NCBI GenBank assembly: GCA_000934665.2
Contig: KZ538586.1
Location: 1-60,946, forward strand
DNA length: 60,946 bases
Direction of reading: 5' to 3'
From: Catajapyx aquilonaris
Lineage: Eukaryota
In this document: positions 50,189 through 60,946 of the stretch, one piece after another
Numbering within the stretch: position 1 is the first letter of the stretch
Layout of the letters: every line of letters starts with the position of its first letter
The notes under the pieces: model-generated
Databases searched by the model: none
What the model saw: the letters and a program-made list of their open reading frames with translations, nothing else
Told to the model about the DNA's origin: nothing
Made by a program: the position numbers and the translations under genes

Positions 50189-50559
50189 CAGGATCTTAGA
50201 ATACTCAGGTCTGGTCACTCCCACTTATCGCGCTGCCAGGGCGTTTTGCATGAGGTGCTCACATGAGAGCCCCATGAGACATTTCACTGCTGGATTATGT
50301 GGCGACCCTACCGGACTAGGCTGAACTTTATAGGTACAAAAGGGAAGCTCTACATGTGAGCCCAACATGGTCGCCGGCGGCCATGTTGGGTCCCACAATG
50401 TAGCGCTTCCCTTTTGTACCTATAAAGTTCAGCCTAGTCCGGTAGGGTCGCCACATAATCCAGCAGTGAAATGTCTCATGGGGCTCTCAAGTGAGCACCT
50501 CATGCAAAACGCCCCGGCAGGCGATAAGATAAGACTGTAGGGGTAGTGTCCGTGGGCTG
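50189..50559 (-). mobile_element. Family Z, copy E
   Basis: TSD GTTCCAGC (50181-50188) / GTTCCAGG (50560-50567); ends CAGGATCTTAGAA ... AGTGTCCGTGGGCTG. Confidence 0.92.
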
Positions 50560-51631
50560 GTTCCAGGCATTATTTGCCTCAGGTGCAATGGGGTAGTCAA
50601 ATGGGGTCACTCGCCATGTCTGAAGACTAGAAATTCAGCGAAACTTACGGGATGAATGAATGTTTCCATGCATCAGGTAATTTTTTGATGACTGCTTGTT
50701 TAAGCCACTGTTCGAAAGTAGCAATTTGGAAATGAGCAGCTTAGTCCTTTAAAAATAATTGTAAATTATTGAGGCCATTTCAATTGGAACAGTGAAAATT
50801 TGATTAATCAGTGATATTAATTTGCAATAATAACGTGTTTAATATAATTTTATGGATTCTTTAATCAATGGAATTACAAAATATCGATACTGTTTACACG
50901 AGCCATACACAATAACATGTTAATTAACTATCTCCATCAATAGTAAAGCACACAGAAAGAAGACATAAATATAGATGACACTGTGCAACTGTAGCACAGG
51001 TGCCAAGAAATGCAACGAGGCCAGCATAAATCCTTTGTACTAAATGAAATGCCTAGGTTACAGTCGCATTGAAAAAGCAAGACTGTAAGCCCTTCTCCAC
51101 GCCATTGATATTATTATCCTACTTTTCTTCAGAGGATTAGACTTTACTACTTTTCACAGAAACATTGATATGTAAGACATTCGGAGATGTTTCAAATGCG
51201 CCATCGCCATTACATGGGAAATCGCTGCTTTGATGAAGGTTTCAAACACAAACACGCAAGGGATATTTATCAAGTTTATAGATCTGACAGGAAAGCTACA
51301 CTATTAAAAGCTCTTTCATACTCTCCGAAGCCATTTATAAAGTTATCTGATATGGATCTGATAAACGCCAACATGATTACAACCTACATTTGCAGTCAAG
51401 TGCAGTTTCCTGGTGTCTAGACAAGGGTGACAATGTATTTTTTCTTTAACGTTTACGTTCCTGGTGGCATGCAAGGAAGAAGAGGATACGTCTAGCAATA
51501 ACTTGAATATAATGAAGACTGATAAAATTTATTATCAGGAATAGTTAAATAACAAAATGTTATTTCTGTGATTCAATCAAAATGTCCAAACCATGTTTGG
51601 GTTGGTGGATTTAATCAAGTTACCGTCAATT

Positions 51632-51827
51632 AGGGTGAGATTGTGCCAGCGCATTTTTGGACAACAGTGCGCCATACCGCGAATTTCACTCGCCATTGCC
51701 AACTTTGACCATCTCTAAATGTAATAAAACTTACCTAAATTCGCTTGCTGCCAGTAGGACTCACTTGTTCAAAAAGGCGCTGGCGTACTATCTCATCCCA
51801 CCTAGCCACCTAGCACAATCTCACGCC
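51632..51827. mobile_element. Degenerate MITE flanked by AATT
   Basis: GTGAGATTGTGC / GCACAATCTCAC ends and inner GCCAGCGC/GCGCTGGC pair. Confidence 0.5.
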
Positions 51828-52548
51828 AATTATTGACTGTCTATTTCTTTAAAATACCCAGACACATCTTTGCACTAGTCTATAGTTGTTTCGCCGTACA
51901 AGTTTTGCATCAACCCGTATTGTTTCCTGGCTGTTTTAGCGCAGAGATACCACGAAAACACCGGGAACACTTAGTAGAAATTGTATTATTAGCGTCGTCT
52001 CTTATTGGACGTAACCTAGCATATAGGTTGCAAAGTTGCAGCCTTTTTAGCCTTCATTTCTTGCCTTGGTAGGTGGTCCTTTATACGACGTGTACGATTC
52101 AATTGCCTATACATGTTCGTTTGTCATAAAAAGCCTACGCCAATATATTTACTCCTTACTGATATAATCTTACACATCACCTCAAAGGCTTACCAAGGCT
52201 TGTTTAGGCCGATGAATCTACACTGTTCATATGACGGCAGTGAATCAGTGATACAGCAGTTTGTTGCACCTTTTAGGACATGTTATAATAATTTCCTCGA
52301 GTCAAAGTGCATTCACTAGACTAGAGCGATCTTAAGGATATACAGTGGCTAGCAATTAACATATACACATACTGCATTCATGAAGATAACCAGCTACTTT
52401 TCGCTTGTGCAGGAAATTGCTTCCCTGTTAATCGATGGGACAGGCCCTTCCACCTTCTATAGAAATATTTAAAATGGCTTACCCCTACAAGGAGAAATAG
52501 GGTGTGTGTTAACCCTCTCCGGCTCTCCCAATACAAAACAACTTTCAT

Positions 52549-52837
52549 TGGTTGGTTGGTTTGGAAGGGTTACCCAGCTTATATGGCTCTGTCTGAGTCG
52601 AGCCTTGGCAGCCGGGGGTAGGAGAGGAAGGCGTGGGATTGCAAGGTGGGGGAGAAGGGTGGGGGAGAGGAGGGCTGGACCAGGCTGGACTGCAATGCCG
52701 GGTCCAACCCAGGGACGGGGGTGGGATATTCTCCCAAGCACCCCGTCCGACCAAGAAATACGAGTTGGTCCGAGAGGACCACTCGATGGGCGCCTTGATC
52801 TTAGCCAGAGGCCGAGAAGCGTATGATGGAAATACAT
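52549..52837 (-). mobile_element. Retroposon with U2 snRNA-derived head (candidate SINEU-like SINE)
   Basis: 15-bp TSD CAAAACAACTTTCAT (52534-52548, 52838-52852); (AACC)n tail; U2-like head at 52672-52824; CT-rich linker and unrelated ~65-nt 3' region. Confidence 0.85.
52672..52824 (-). pseudogene. U2: Internally deleted, diverged U2 snRNA derivative
   Basis: Minus strand CGCTTCTCGGCCTCTGGCTAAGATCAAG (U2 stem I); GAGTGGTCCTCTCGGACCAACTC (IIb-like); ATTTCTTGG (Sm-like); GGACGGGGTG...CACCCCCGTCC (III); GGGTTGGACCCGGC-ATTGCAGTCCA-GCCTGGTCCAGCCC (IV); GTAGTA absent. Confidence 0.9.
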
Positions 52838-53102
52838 CAAAACAACTTTCATATCTCAACACCTCTGATTCTGTGTGGTAAAGTGCCAAACAGTTGCGGT
52901 ATTTTTGACAAAGAAAAACGTTCAATTGGGTACACTTTGTACGCGAGTAAAAATGTGCGTTTCTTTTCTTGCATACATACGTATCATACATATGTAATTA
53001 TTTTGGTTATTATCATAATATATTTCTCCTGTTGATAGAAATGTGATCAAAGTAAAATGTTAAGGACATATTTGGGCTCACGTAAATATGTTTTTGTTAT
53101 GG

Positions 53103-53247
53103 GCTGCCCGAGGTCAGAGAAAAGGTCTGGTGTATCTGAGAGAGTCGTGAGTGACTATAAACCGTGGATGCCCCCCCTTGGGAACCTTCCCTCCCCCCAA
53201 AACGAGCCGAACGGCTCGAGCACGGGGTAACAATTTAAAAAAAAAAA
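53103..53247 (+). mobile_element. 5'-truncated poly(A)-tailed retroposon
   Basis: 15-bp TSD ATGTTTTTGTTATGG (53088-53102, 53248-53262); 3' hairpin CGAGCCGAACGGCTCG; A-tail. Confidence 0.8.
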
Positions 53248-53799
53248 ATGTTTTTGTTATGGCCTGGCACTGTAACACTAGTATTGAAACCCAAAGTAGT
53301 GCGTGCGATACTTGGGCGTGACTGCGCTGTAGTTGCACAGTTACAAACACTATCAAACTTGCAATTACAACATTGTCTTCCCTCAGATAAACCACCTAAA
53401 TACGTCTAGTTAGATTTCAAAAAAATGAATGCATTATCTATGAATTTTAATATTTCCCTGAAAGGGGCGCGAAGTAATTTTTTACATCGCACCTATTATC
53501 TTTGTATCATCACAGATCCGGTTGCCCCGCAGTAGCAGTTAAAATAACAGCTACTTTATAATCGCTGTAATTTGAATAATTGTCCGAGGCAGTCATTGAC
53601 GTAACATTGTCGACGCGAGTGTGAAGAAGTGGTGTTACTGGTAGGTATATGTATCATGCGAATGAAAAATAAATAAAAAAGTTTTATCTGGGTTCTTTGC
53701 GAACGTCAAAAAATTACTCGATAGACATAAGGAGGTTAAGGCAGTGAGAAAGAAAGAGATGAAGATAAAAAAGACAACGAAAAAAAGGGGGGAAACGAA

Positions 53800-53868
53800 A
53801 CCACGGCAGGATTCGAACCCAGGATCCTGCGATCTAGAGGCGGAATGGCTATCTATTGGGCTAGCGAA
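53800..53868 (-). mobile_element. tRNA-like SINE head fragment
   Basis: Minus-strand TAGCCCAATAG (A-box-like) and GGTTCGAATCC (B box); no complete cloverleaf. Confidence 0.5.
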
Positions 53869-54420
53869 CCGTTCGCTGGGGTAGCTCCTTCCGAAGGGGT
53901 TTGTTATTTTATTTCGCCATGCGCCATGGATTCAATTGCTAATTACTCGTAGGGGCAAGGGGCAAGCGTGTAAATATTTTCAGTCCTTGAATATTAATTT
54001 TCACTGCTGCGTGTGGCTGAGAATAGGGGTGGGGCAAAGCCACAATGACGTTCGTTGGCCTGCGACGCCACAAGACGGACAGTAAATGTTGCGGATACGA
54101 AACCCACAATAGGCGCCCAGCTCCGCTTCCGCTCCGCATTAACTAAAAATATCCTGCTGGGAGACGAACCGTGCCTGGCGGGCCACAACAGAGGACAGTG
54201 TTGTTGTGGTAACATAAAGCCATACAGCGTCACCAAGACAAAGGGAAACTCCATCCCTCATGTTGCTGCGGTTCGCGTTGGTGTGAATGTTCCTACCCAC
54301 CGGCATGACAGCTGGGCAGAACACTCTGTACGTGTGGGGATGCCAATCATGGCATCTATCGCCAACCCTGTTGAGCAAGATAGCGAATAGCGAGTAGCAG
54401 TATAGCAATAACTACTGCTG

Positions 54421-54486
54421 AGTAGCGGATAACAGTAGCTCTTACGGAATATTGATAGTCCGTAATAGCTACTGTTATCCGCTACT
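54421..54486. repeat. 66-bp near-perfect hairpin
   Basis: AGTAGCGGATAACAGTAGCT...AGCTACTGTTATCCGCTACT with two internal mismatches, preceded by TAGC-rich repeats. Confidence 0.85.
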
Positions 54487-56630
54487 GCAACGGCGGGGGA
54501 TCGCGATTGGGGATGATACAAAGATCGGAATAGTGAGGTAGAAAAATAATGTTGCGAGCGGGGCGCACGACCACCAGACTGCCCGCGCGCCGCCATCTTC
54601 CATACATTCAGTTGCAGTCTTTGGTGGTGTCACCTGTTGGTGAATTCTCCCGCTAAAGAGGGTAGATTCCCGTGACCCCTCCATGCCTAAAGTGGAACTT
54701 CTAACTGCGATCACGCCCGCGCACAACGAACTTGAAATTTTGTATTGCCTGCAATACAACTATACAAGGGGTATGAGGAGGTTATGATGCACTCCTTTCT
54801 AGACGAATCTGCAGGCCCGATATGATAATTATTAACTTCTACGCAGTTGATAGGGCCATGGGATCTCACTCCTCAAGGACGGATTGTGATATTATTAGAC
54901 GCACAGCTTCGTTGGATGAGTTGACCACGTATAAGAAATATCAGTTGAAATCAGTATCGTTGGAGATGATGAGGACGCTCCCTCCTGTCGTCTCACTTTT
55001 AGGTTTGACATAGAGTCACACCGTGTGTTTCAGATTTCGGTTCGCACTTCTATCTGTGGAAATCCTGTTGACGCTCCTCTGTCAAGGTGATAATGCTGTA
55101 CCAGAGTTTACCCGACAAATTCTAGCCAGGCAGAACCATCTGAGACGTACATTATTTTCTCCATCTATTATCTATATATTTTCTTATAGCTAAAGAATCA
55201 TAGCTGCTGTGGCTTTTTCCACTCAAACTATTGAAAAAACCTCAGAGGGGCACTGATCAGTTTATAATTTGGATGCTGATCCTGAATTGGCTGGCAATTA
55301 GTAACAATCATTTCGCTATCATATACAATAGGCACATAATAATACGTAATTATATAATAATTTTTCGTGTGGTTATCCTTAATGCAATATCTGTCGCCTG
55401 TTGACGCAGTTATACAATGAGAGCTACGCGGAAGCCCTTATGTGTCATGCTTTGAGAATGAACTGCAGCGGCAGAACTTGCGCTTAACCTCCATTAGCTA
55501 TCTCCGGTGTAATACCCCCAATTTACAACTACGTTATACTATAAGCACTTTACATTTTTCCTCCGTAAACATTTGCAGGGACAAAATTATCTCGTGCACA
55601 GGAGTCTTAATTATCCTTGAATTGCTGGGAAAGACATCTGGGGAAAGAGCTCTTGATGAGCAGATGGGTGTGTCCTGTCCCCATGATCAATAGGTAGCGG
55701 AAATTACTGTTGGGGGAGAGCATGGTGGGGGAGAGGGCGGCCAGGCCTTTGCCTCTCGCCTACTATCCACAAATGGAACACTCAAAACCTCTTTCGACGA
55801 GAAGTTGGAATGGGGGAGGAGGAGGAGAGGGAGGAGAGGGGCGACCATCTCCGGGGATTTTCAATGGCAATAGTCAAATCCCAGATAACGTGTCACCTTA
55901 TAACGTGCTCTACAATCTAATGATTTTAACATTTCAACACTGGGCTCTAGTTCAAGCTACAAAAGCAGCTCGATTTGATTCGCTGATCAACCTTGCTTCC
56001 AAAATTACGGCTATAAATGCTGTAACAGACGAGAGTATTATTTTTTGGTAATGGTCATACTGAGGTCCTCTACCCATACAGTCGTGTGCTTTCACAGGTC
56101 CTCACACGTGAATATGTTGGATTGTTTCCTTTGCCTTTTCACGCCTTACAACATTTAGTGTGTCGGAAGGCGACAAAAAAGGTCAGCCCATAATGGATCC
56201 GATGCGACATCAATAGAGAGTAGTAACATGGCGAAGTTCCCGGAGGCATTATGCGAGAGTACTACTTGTCCTCTATACCATATAAATGCGGGACCATCTC
56301 TCAAGCTCTCATTTCGTTATGGAGCTTCAATTTTGGCAGGTAAGGATGTTATTTTCAAAGTTAGCTGTTACTGCTGGCCCAGTGTGCAGCTGAACTTACG
56401 TACACGCCACCCGTCGATTGTGGAGGAGAAAAGCCACAGTGCAGCTTTAGTGTGGATTCCCGACCTGTATAACACATACTCACCATCCCCACCTCGTCAG
56501 ATAATCTCTTCCACTCCTGCAATTCAGGACGGAATGATCTGACGAGGTCAGTCGACGAGGTGTCAGTTCATCCGCACACCTGGGCCAGATATAGTACTAC
56601 GTTTTCCTCTCCTAATCATGAATTACTTAA

Positions 56631-57530
56631 GAGCGCCGGATACCTACGAGTATATGCGATTTTTCAGAATCGCGGGGCAAGTTTGGCCGAGTCACTGGTG
56701 CAGCGTTCTTTTGCACTACCGATGCGGGCGTATCGCTGGAGGTACGGACCTGAAATTTTCACAGCATGGCGAGGAATGTCCAATGGAGCCCCCGACGGAG
56801 TTTCGATTCACTAGAATAATAATTGCGAGATCTACAAGGGGAGGAGTTTTTGAAAAACGGCTCACGACATCTTGGCTCCGGATTCGAATTTGGGAAATAT
56901 CTCGAAGGTGTGCGATGGCAAAAGTTGTCCTCTCTTACTCCTTCAAAGCCCGATTAATTTGGGCAATTGGTTTTTGCACATCAATTAAGAGGGTTTCACC
57001 ACCTCACCTCGTAAAATCGGAGGGAGTACTTCCGAAAATAGAACAGTTGGTTCCCTGTCCAGGTTGCCAGGGAACCGGTTCGGGCTAAATTATTTTACAA
57101 AGTGCGTGGGCAGAAGGGAACCAACTGTTCTATTTCGGAAGTACTCCTCCAATTTTTAGAAGTGAGGTGGTGAAACCCTTTTAATAGCTGTGCAAAAACC
57201 AATTGCCCAACTTAATCGGGCTTTGAAGGAGTAAGAGAGGACAACTTTTGCCATCGCACACCTTCGAGATATTTCCCAAATTCGAATCCGGAGCCAAGAT
57301 GTCCTGAGCCGTTTTTCAAAAGCTCCTCCCCTTGTAGATCTCGCAATTATTATTCTAGTGGATCGAAACTCCGTCGGGGGCTCCATTGGCCTTTCCTCGC
57401 CATGCTGTGAAAATTCCAGGTCCGTACCTCCAGCGATACGCCCGCATCGGCAGTGCAAAAGAACGCTGCACCAGTGACTCGGCCAAACTTGCCCCGCGAT
57501 TCTGAAAAATCGCGTAGGTATCCAGCGCCC
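56631..57530. mobile_element. 900-bp palindromic TTAA-flanked element (Kolobok-like; ~420-bp arms)
   Basis: TTAA|GAGCGCCGGATACCTACG ... CGTAGGTATCCAGCGCCC|TTAA; purine-start ends argue against piggyBac; ORFs 56618-57088(+) and 57156-57458(-) are mirror images. Confidence 0.88.
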
Positions 57531-57809
57531 TTAACAGAACAATATTGAAGTTATATGATATTCTTACCGGGCCGTTTCATATCTTATTCCCTTGTTACAC
57601 CTACGCATTTTAAAGCGAATCCAGCGTGACTGTAGCCAACAATCCCAGGTGCCTCTTCTCTAACAAATGTGTGAATATGACCATGCCATAAAATCGGGCA
57701 ACCCTTTAACCACCTCCTGCCCACCTTTCCAAAACCATGTCACAGTCTTCTGGTACAGAAATAAATAAAACGTGAATGGGTATGCAACATTTTGTGGCGA
57801 TTACTGCGC

Positions 57810-57995
57810 CATGTGACTTTGCACATTGCGCTATCATCAGATGATGGTGCCAATGGAGTGGGTGGCAAGGACATCTGGGATGACAGATGAGAAGCATTGC
57901 CTGACGATGCACCATCTTACAACAGGGTCAAAAAGCAACCTTCCATATTCAAACTCGACAGTGACAGCCTGAAAGATGACCCCTCTCCGGGCGGT
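57810..57995 (+). pseudogene. mariner transposase N-terminal (HTH) fossil
   Basis: HCAIIR*...GKDIWDD then EALPDDAPSYNRVKKQPSIFKLDSDSLKDDPSPG, resembling GDDAPSYSTVKKW...FKxGxxSLEDDPRSGRP. Confidence 0.7.
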
Positions 57996-58498
57996 AAAGG
58001 AAATTGGCGGTCAGGGAGGCGGTGCGTTGTTAACTTAGGTGTCGTGATACATGTATGGTCTTGAATTCTTCAAAATAATGCACCTGCCACCCGGGTTGAG
58101 TGCACATGCGTTGCTCCCTTTGGCGTACAGAGAAGCTCGGAGCAACAAGTGCATAAGTGCCAAGTCATTTTCGACGTAACGTGCTGTTTTTTCGATTCCA
58201 TGGTTCAATATTGGAGGCTACTTGATGACGAGTAAACTAATCCAGTTGAACTTACTCCACTGCAAGGTGCCCGAGGTAGTTTTAAAATAAATATCACCAT
58301 CTGCCCGCTTCATAAGACCCTGAAATATTCCACATCATTGGCAGTTTCCATGATTTGGATACCGTTATCACAAAGCTGTGATTTATTGGCCACTTGTACA
58401 GAAATTCAACTTTAACTTTATCTTTAATAATTACGCAGATATAATATTATACTGTTTCTTGCACATAAAAATTACAACTTGTATTATTTTATGCTTAA

Positions 58499-58822
58499 GG
58501 CCGCACGATACCTACGCGATTTTTCCGACTCGCGGGCCAAGTTAGGCCGAGTTGCGGGTGCAGCGTTCTCTTTGCACTGCCGCGCCGCGCCGCGCCGGTG
58601 CGGGCGTCTCGCTGGAGGTACGGACCTGAAATTTCCACGGCACGGCGAGGAAGGTCCAGTAGAGCCCCAGACCAAGTTTCGATCAATTCGGATGATTATT
58701 ATTGAGACGTCTATGAGGGGAGGGGTTTTTGAAAACGGCTCATGGCAGCTTGGCTCCGGATGCGAATTTGGGAAATATCTTTACGTTGTACGATGGCAAA
58801 AGTATTCCTCTCTTACTCCTCC
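58499..58822 (+). mobile_element. Single-arm, diverged relative of the Kolobok-like element at 56631
   Basis: TTAA|GGCCGCACGATACCTACGCGATTTTTC; shares CGCTGGAGGTACGGACCTGAAATTT, TTTTGAAAACGGCTC and CCTCTCTTACTCCT blocks. Confidence 0.8.
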
Positions 58823-58841
58823 AACACACAGCCATCATTAC

Positions 58842-59474
58842 TAGAGAACGGATTTCCAGGTTCTAAAAAACGCTAAAATAGGTAGGCATTTAGGCCCTGA
58901 AAACAGTCAAAATAGGCTCTTAAATGGGCACTATAAATCAGGCTGGTTCTAATTTATTTTAATTTCTACACAATGGAATTTTGCAGCACAGTAACAAACT
59001 AGCAGTTATTCCATATTTTCGGTGGTTAATCGCAGCTTTTCGGCGACAGTTCAGATCCTCCCTCACGGGGAGCCAATATGGCCGATAGAAAATCCGTCGG
59101 ACCGAATGTAGCAGCTTATTTGACGGCTATTAATAACAGTTATTTCGAGTCGCAATAACGGTTAACGGCATATTTCCCGGGATCTTACCCATCAACCCCT
59201 TCTTCTCTAGTCACAGGTTGAAGTGGGAGGGATTCCTTGAATGGAAAACCTGCAGAAATCTCGAAAATCTTACCGAACGGCGTGGAAAAGGTCGAAATAG
59301 GCACTAATAGGTGCTAATAGGCCATTTAGGTCCCAACACCCGAAATAGGCATTTTTAGGTTCTATAAAACTACGATTTTTGAGGTCCTTGTGTTATGAAA
59401 CGGATAGATATTTTGGTTCCGGTGTTCTGCCTACAAAAGAAAAAGTAGGTAAAAACCTAGAAATCCGTTCTCTA
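58842..59474. mobile_element. Family H1 relative (633 bp), 8-bp TSD
   Basis: TIR TAGAGAACGGATTTC / GAAATCCGTTCTCTA; perfect TSD ATCATTAC (58834-58841, 59475-59482); AAATAGG motifs and GAAACGGATAGAT shared with 13865-14614. Confidence 0.9.
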
Positions 59475-59544
59475 ATCATTACACATGGTCAGGAATACAG
59501 GGAAACTACTTTCGAAATCCAACGATAACCCGCCCGTAAAGTTG

Positions 59545-59750
59545 ACTTGTGATGATAGCATGAACCCGGAAAACCGGAAGTGGAAAGTCACCGGAAGTTG
59601 ACCATGAAACCTATTTAGGTCACGCTGAATCCGAATCTGAAAACCGTTTCTCGCTGTCTCCTGCGGTTTCGGCCCTGATACATGTCCACAGACAGACGGA
59701 CAGACGGAGCCGTTCTGTAACACATTTTTAGATGAGAAAAAGTCTAAATA
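59545..59750. mobile_element. Helitron/Helentron (DINE-1-like) fragment
   Basis: ACAGACAGACGGACAGACGGA microsatellite after GGTCACGCTGAATCCGAATCTG and ACCGGAAGT motifs; ends unresolved. Confidence 0.45.
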
Positions 59751-59767
59751 GTACCGTAGCCTACGTA

Positions 59768-60330
59768 CAGGGTGTGCGAGAAGTCACCGCATCCCTGCCG
59801 TATTTAATCGACACAGCCTATTTCTGTGGGGTTTTTCCGTAGATTGGCAACATAGCACCTTCATCTTTCACATTAGCAGGTCATTTATTCGCGGTGAAGA
59901 AAACCAGTCGCCTCGCCAGTAGCACTGGAATTGCAGACACAAGCCCTTACAGTGTCGGTTAGTGACAAGCGTTTGGGTGCATGAACTACAACACACCGGG
60001 TAAACAATGAGCGAAAGTGAATGCTGCTTTCCGAATACGATTTAAAAAGTCTCCACCAAGAAACGCAACAATGCTGGCTTGGTGGGAAACGTGCTTTTGG
60101 ACTATCCAGTGTGAAAGATATCGTACGTCGTAGGCCGCAAAGTGGACGTAAAGTCAAGACGACTTGAAACCCGTGTGCTATTGCCGATTCCCTTGAACAA
60201 TATCTACAGAATCAACTCGTAAACCAGCTGCTGAACTTCAAATTTCACGTTCAACAACGAGAGACCCCATGTTTGTGAATGAACTATCAGATACAGACAT
60301 GGAACGTCGCGTCGCGTCGCGCTTCATCCT
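59768..60330 (+). mobile_element. 5' part of a Tc1/mariner-superfamily element with decayed N-terminal transposase
   Basis: TA|CAGGGTG start; frameshifted peptides SVWVHELQHTG*TMS, NAAFRIRFKKSPP, RPQSGR, STRKPAAELQISRSTTRD, FVNELSDTDMERR; 3' boundary approximate. Confidence 0.8.
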
Positions 60331-60563
60331 GCCGTGTTGTATTATACGAATTCACAACTGAAAGATCCTGCGTAAAGGTTTTTCCCCGACGAATGTGCAG
60401 CATACCGCAGTTCACGTGCCAAAAATGTGAAGTGAATTATTTAAACAAGTGTTTCCCTCTTGTGACACTAGCATATCAGGTATGGTTGAATCGCATTATA
60501 AAGCGCTCTCGCTAGCTTTATTCAGTGTACCTTCTACCCACGGCCGAGGAATTTTTGTACTTA

Positions 60564-60946
60564 CGAGGGTCGTCCAATAAGTTCTGAGCCTGATGTTGAA
60601 AGACATGTTTGATGGTCAAAATTTTATTAAGACTCTTCGACGTAGTCACCTTGAACCAGGATGCATTTGTCCCACCGGTGCTCCAACCTCTGTATTCCGT
60701 GTAAAAAAAAATCTTCCTCGACCCCACCCAACCACTCATACATTGCACTTATCACCTCATTGTCACTGGAGAAGTGCATCCCACGGAGGTTTCAGGAGAA
60801 TAATGATGGAGCCAGGTCTCATCTTGTGTTACGTAACGAGCCAAAAAGGGTCCCGGTCCCACCGATACTCCTCCAATGGCGCCTGTGAATGTGTCACACG
60901 GATCCACTTCTGATCAGGCGTCAAGTCGCGGGTTACCCATCTGGCC
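60564..60946 (-). mobile_element. 3' end of an internally deleted mariner, running off the window
   Basis: TA|CGAGGGTCGTCCAATAAGT TIR; minus-strand ARWVTRDLTPDQK, YVTQDETWLHHYSPET joined to HFSSDNEVISAMYEWL...HGIQRLEHRWDKCILVQGDYVEES* (stop 60627-60629). Confidence 0.9.

Noticed and set aside
52672..52824. Functional U2 snRNA gene
   Set aside because: Lacks the GTAGTA branch-point recognition sequence and stem IIa, is fused to a foreign tail, and is enclosed by a TSD, so it is a retroposed derivative.
52549..52837. U2-targeting LINE (Utopia/Keno-type) inserted into a U2 gene
   Set aside because: Foreign sequence follows the U2 3' stem-loop instead of splitting the 5' region, and the TSD lies in non-U2 flanking DNA around the whole unit.
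56618..58844. Three similar ORFs (RCGRIAGGTDLKF...) as a paralogous gene family
   Set aside because: They are the two arms of one palindromic element plus a related arm; no recognisable protein domain.

Overview
Eukaryotic non-coding DNA, most likely from an arthropod (inferred from the SINE and mariner repertoire and an insect-like U2 sequence). No intact protein-coding gene, rRNA, tRNA or CRISPR array is supported; the listed ORFs come from repeats, microsatellites or decayed transposases. The window is densely layered with transposon debris: more than 25 non-autonomous DNA elements (TA-flanked Tc1/mariner/pogo MITEs, 8-bp-TSD hAT-like, TWA Harbinger-like, TTAA Kolobok-like), many almost fully palindromic; several mariner/Tc1 transposase relics; at least six tRNA-headed SINEs (one with a V-domain-like core); and tiny retroposed tails with clean target-site duplications (TSDs). 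The standout is a ~290-bp minus-strand retroposon at 52549-52837. Its head is a remodelled U2 snRNA (stem I, IIb, Sm-like site, III and IV kept; branch-point recognition region and stem IIa lost), followed by a CT-rich linker, an unrelated 3' tail and an (AACC)n end, all inside a 15-bp TSD. It is a candidate U2-derived SINE (SINEU-like) outside crocodilians. Also notable are a five-copy 8-bp-TSD element family with asymmetric ends, arm-to-arm co-variation in several palindromic families, and a ~2-kb foldback built of ~165-bp subrepeats. Family assignments rest on terminal/TSD signatures and remembered consensus motifs, not database searches.
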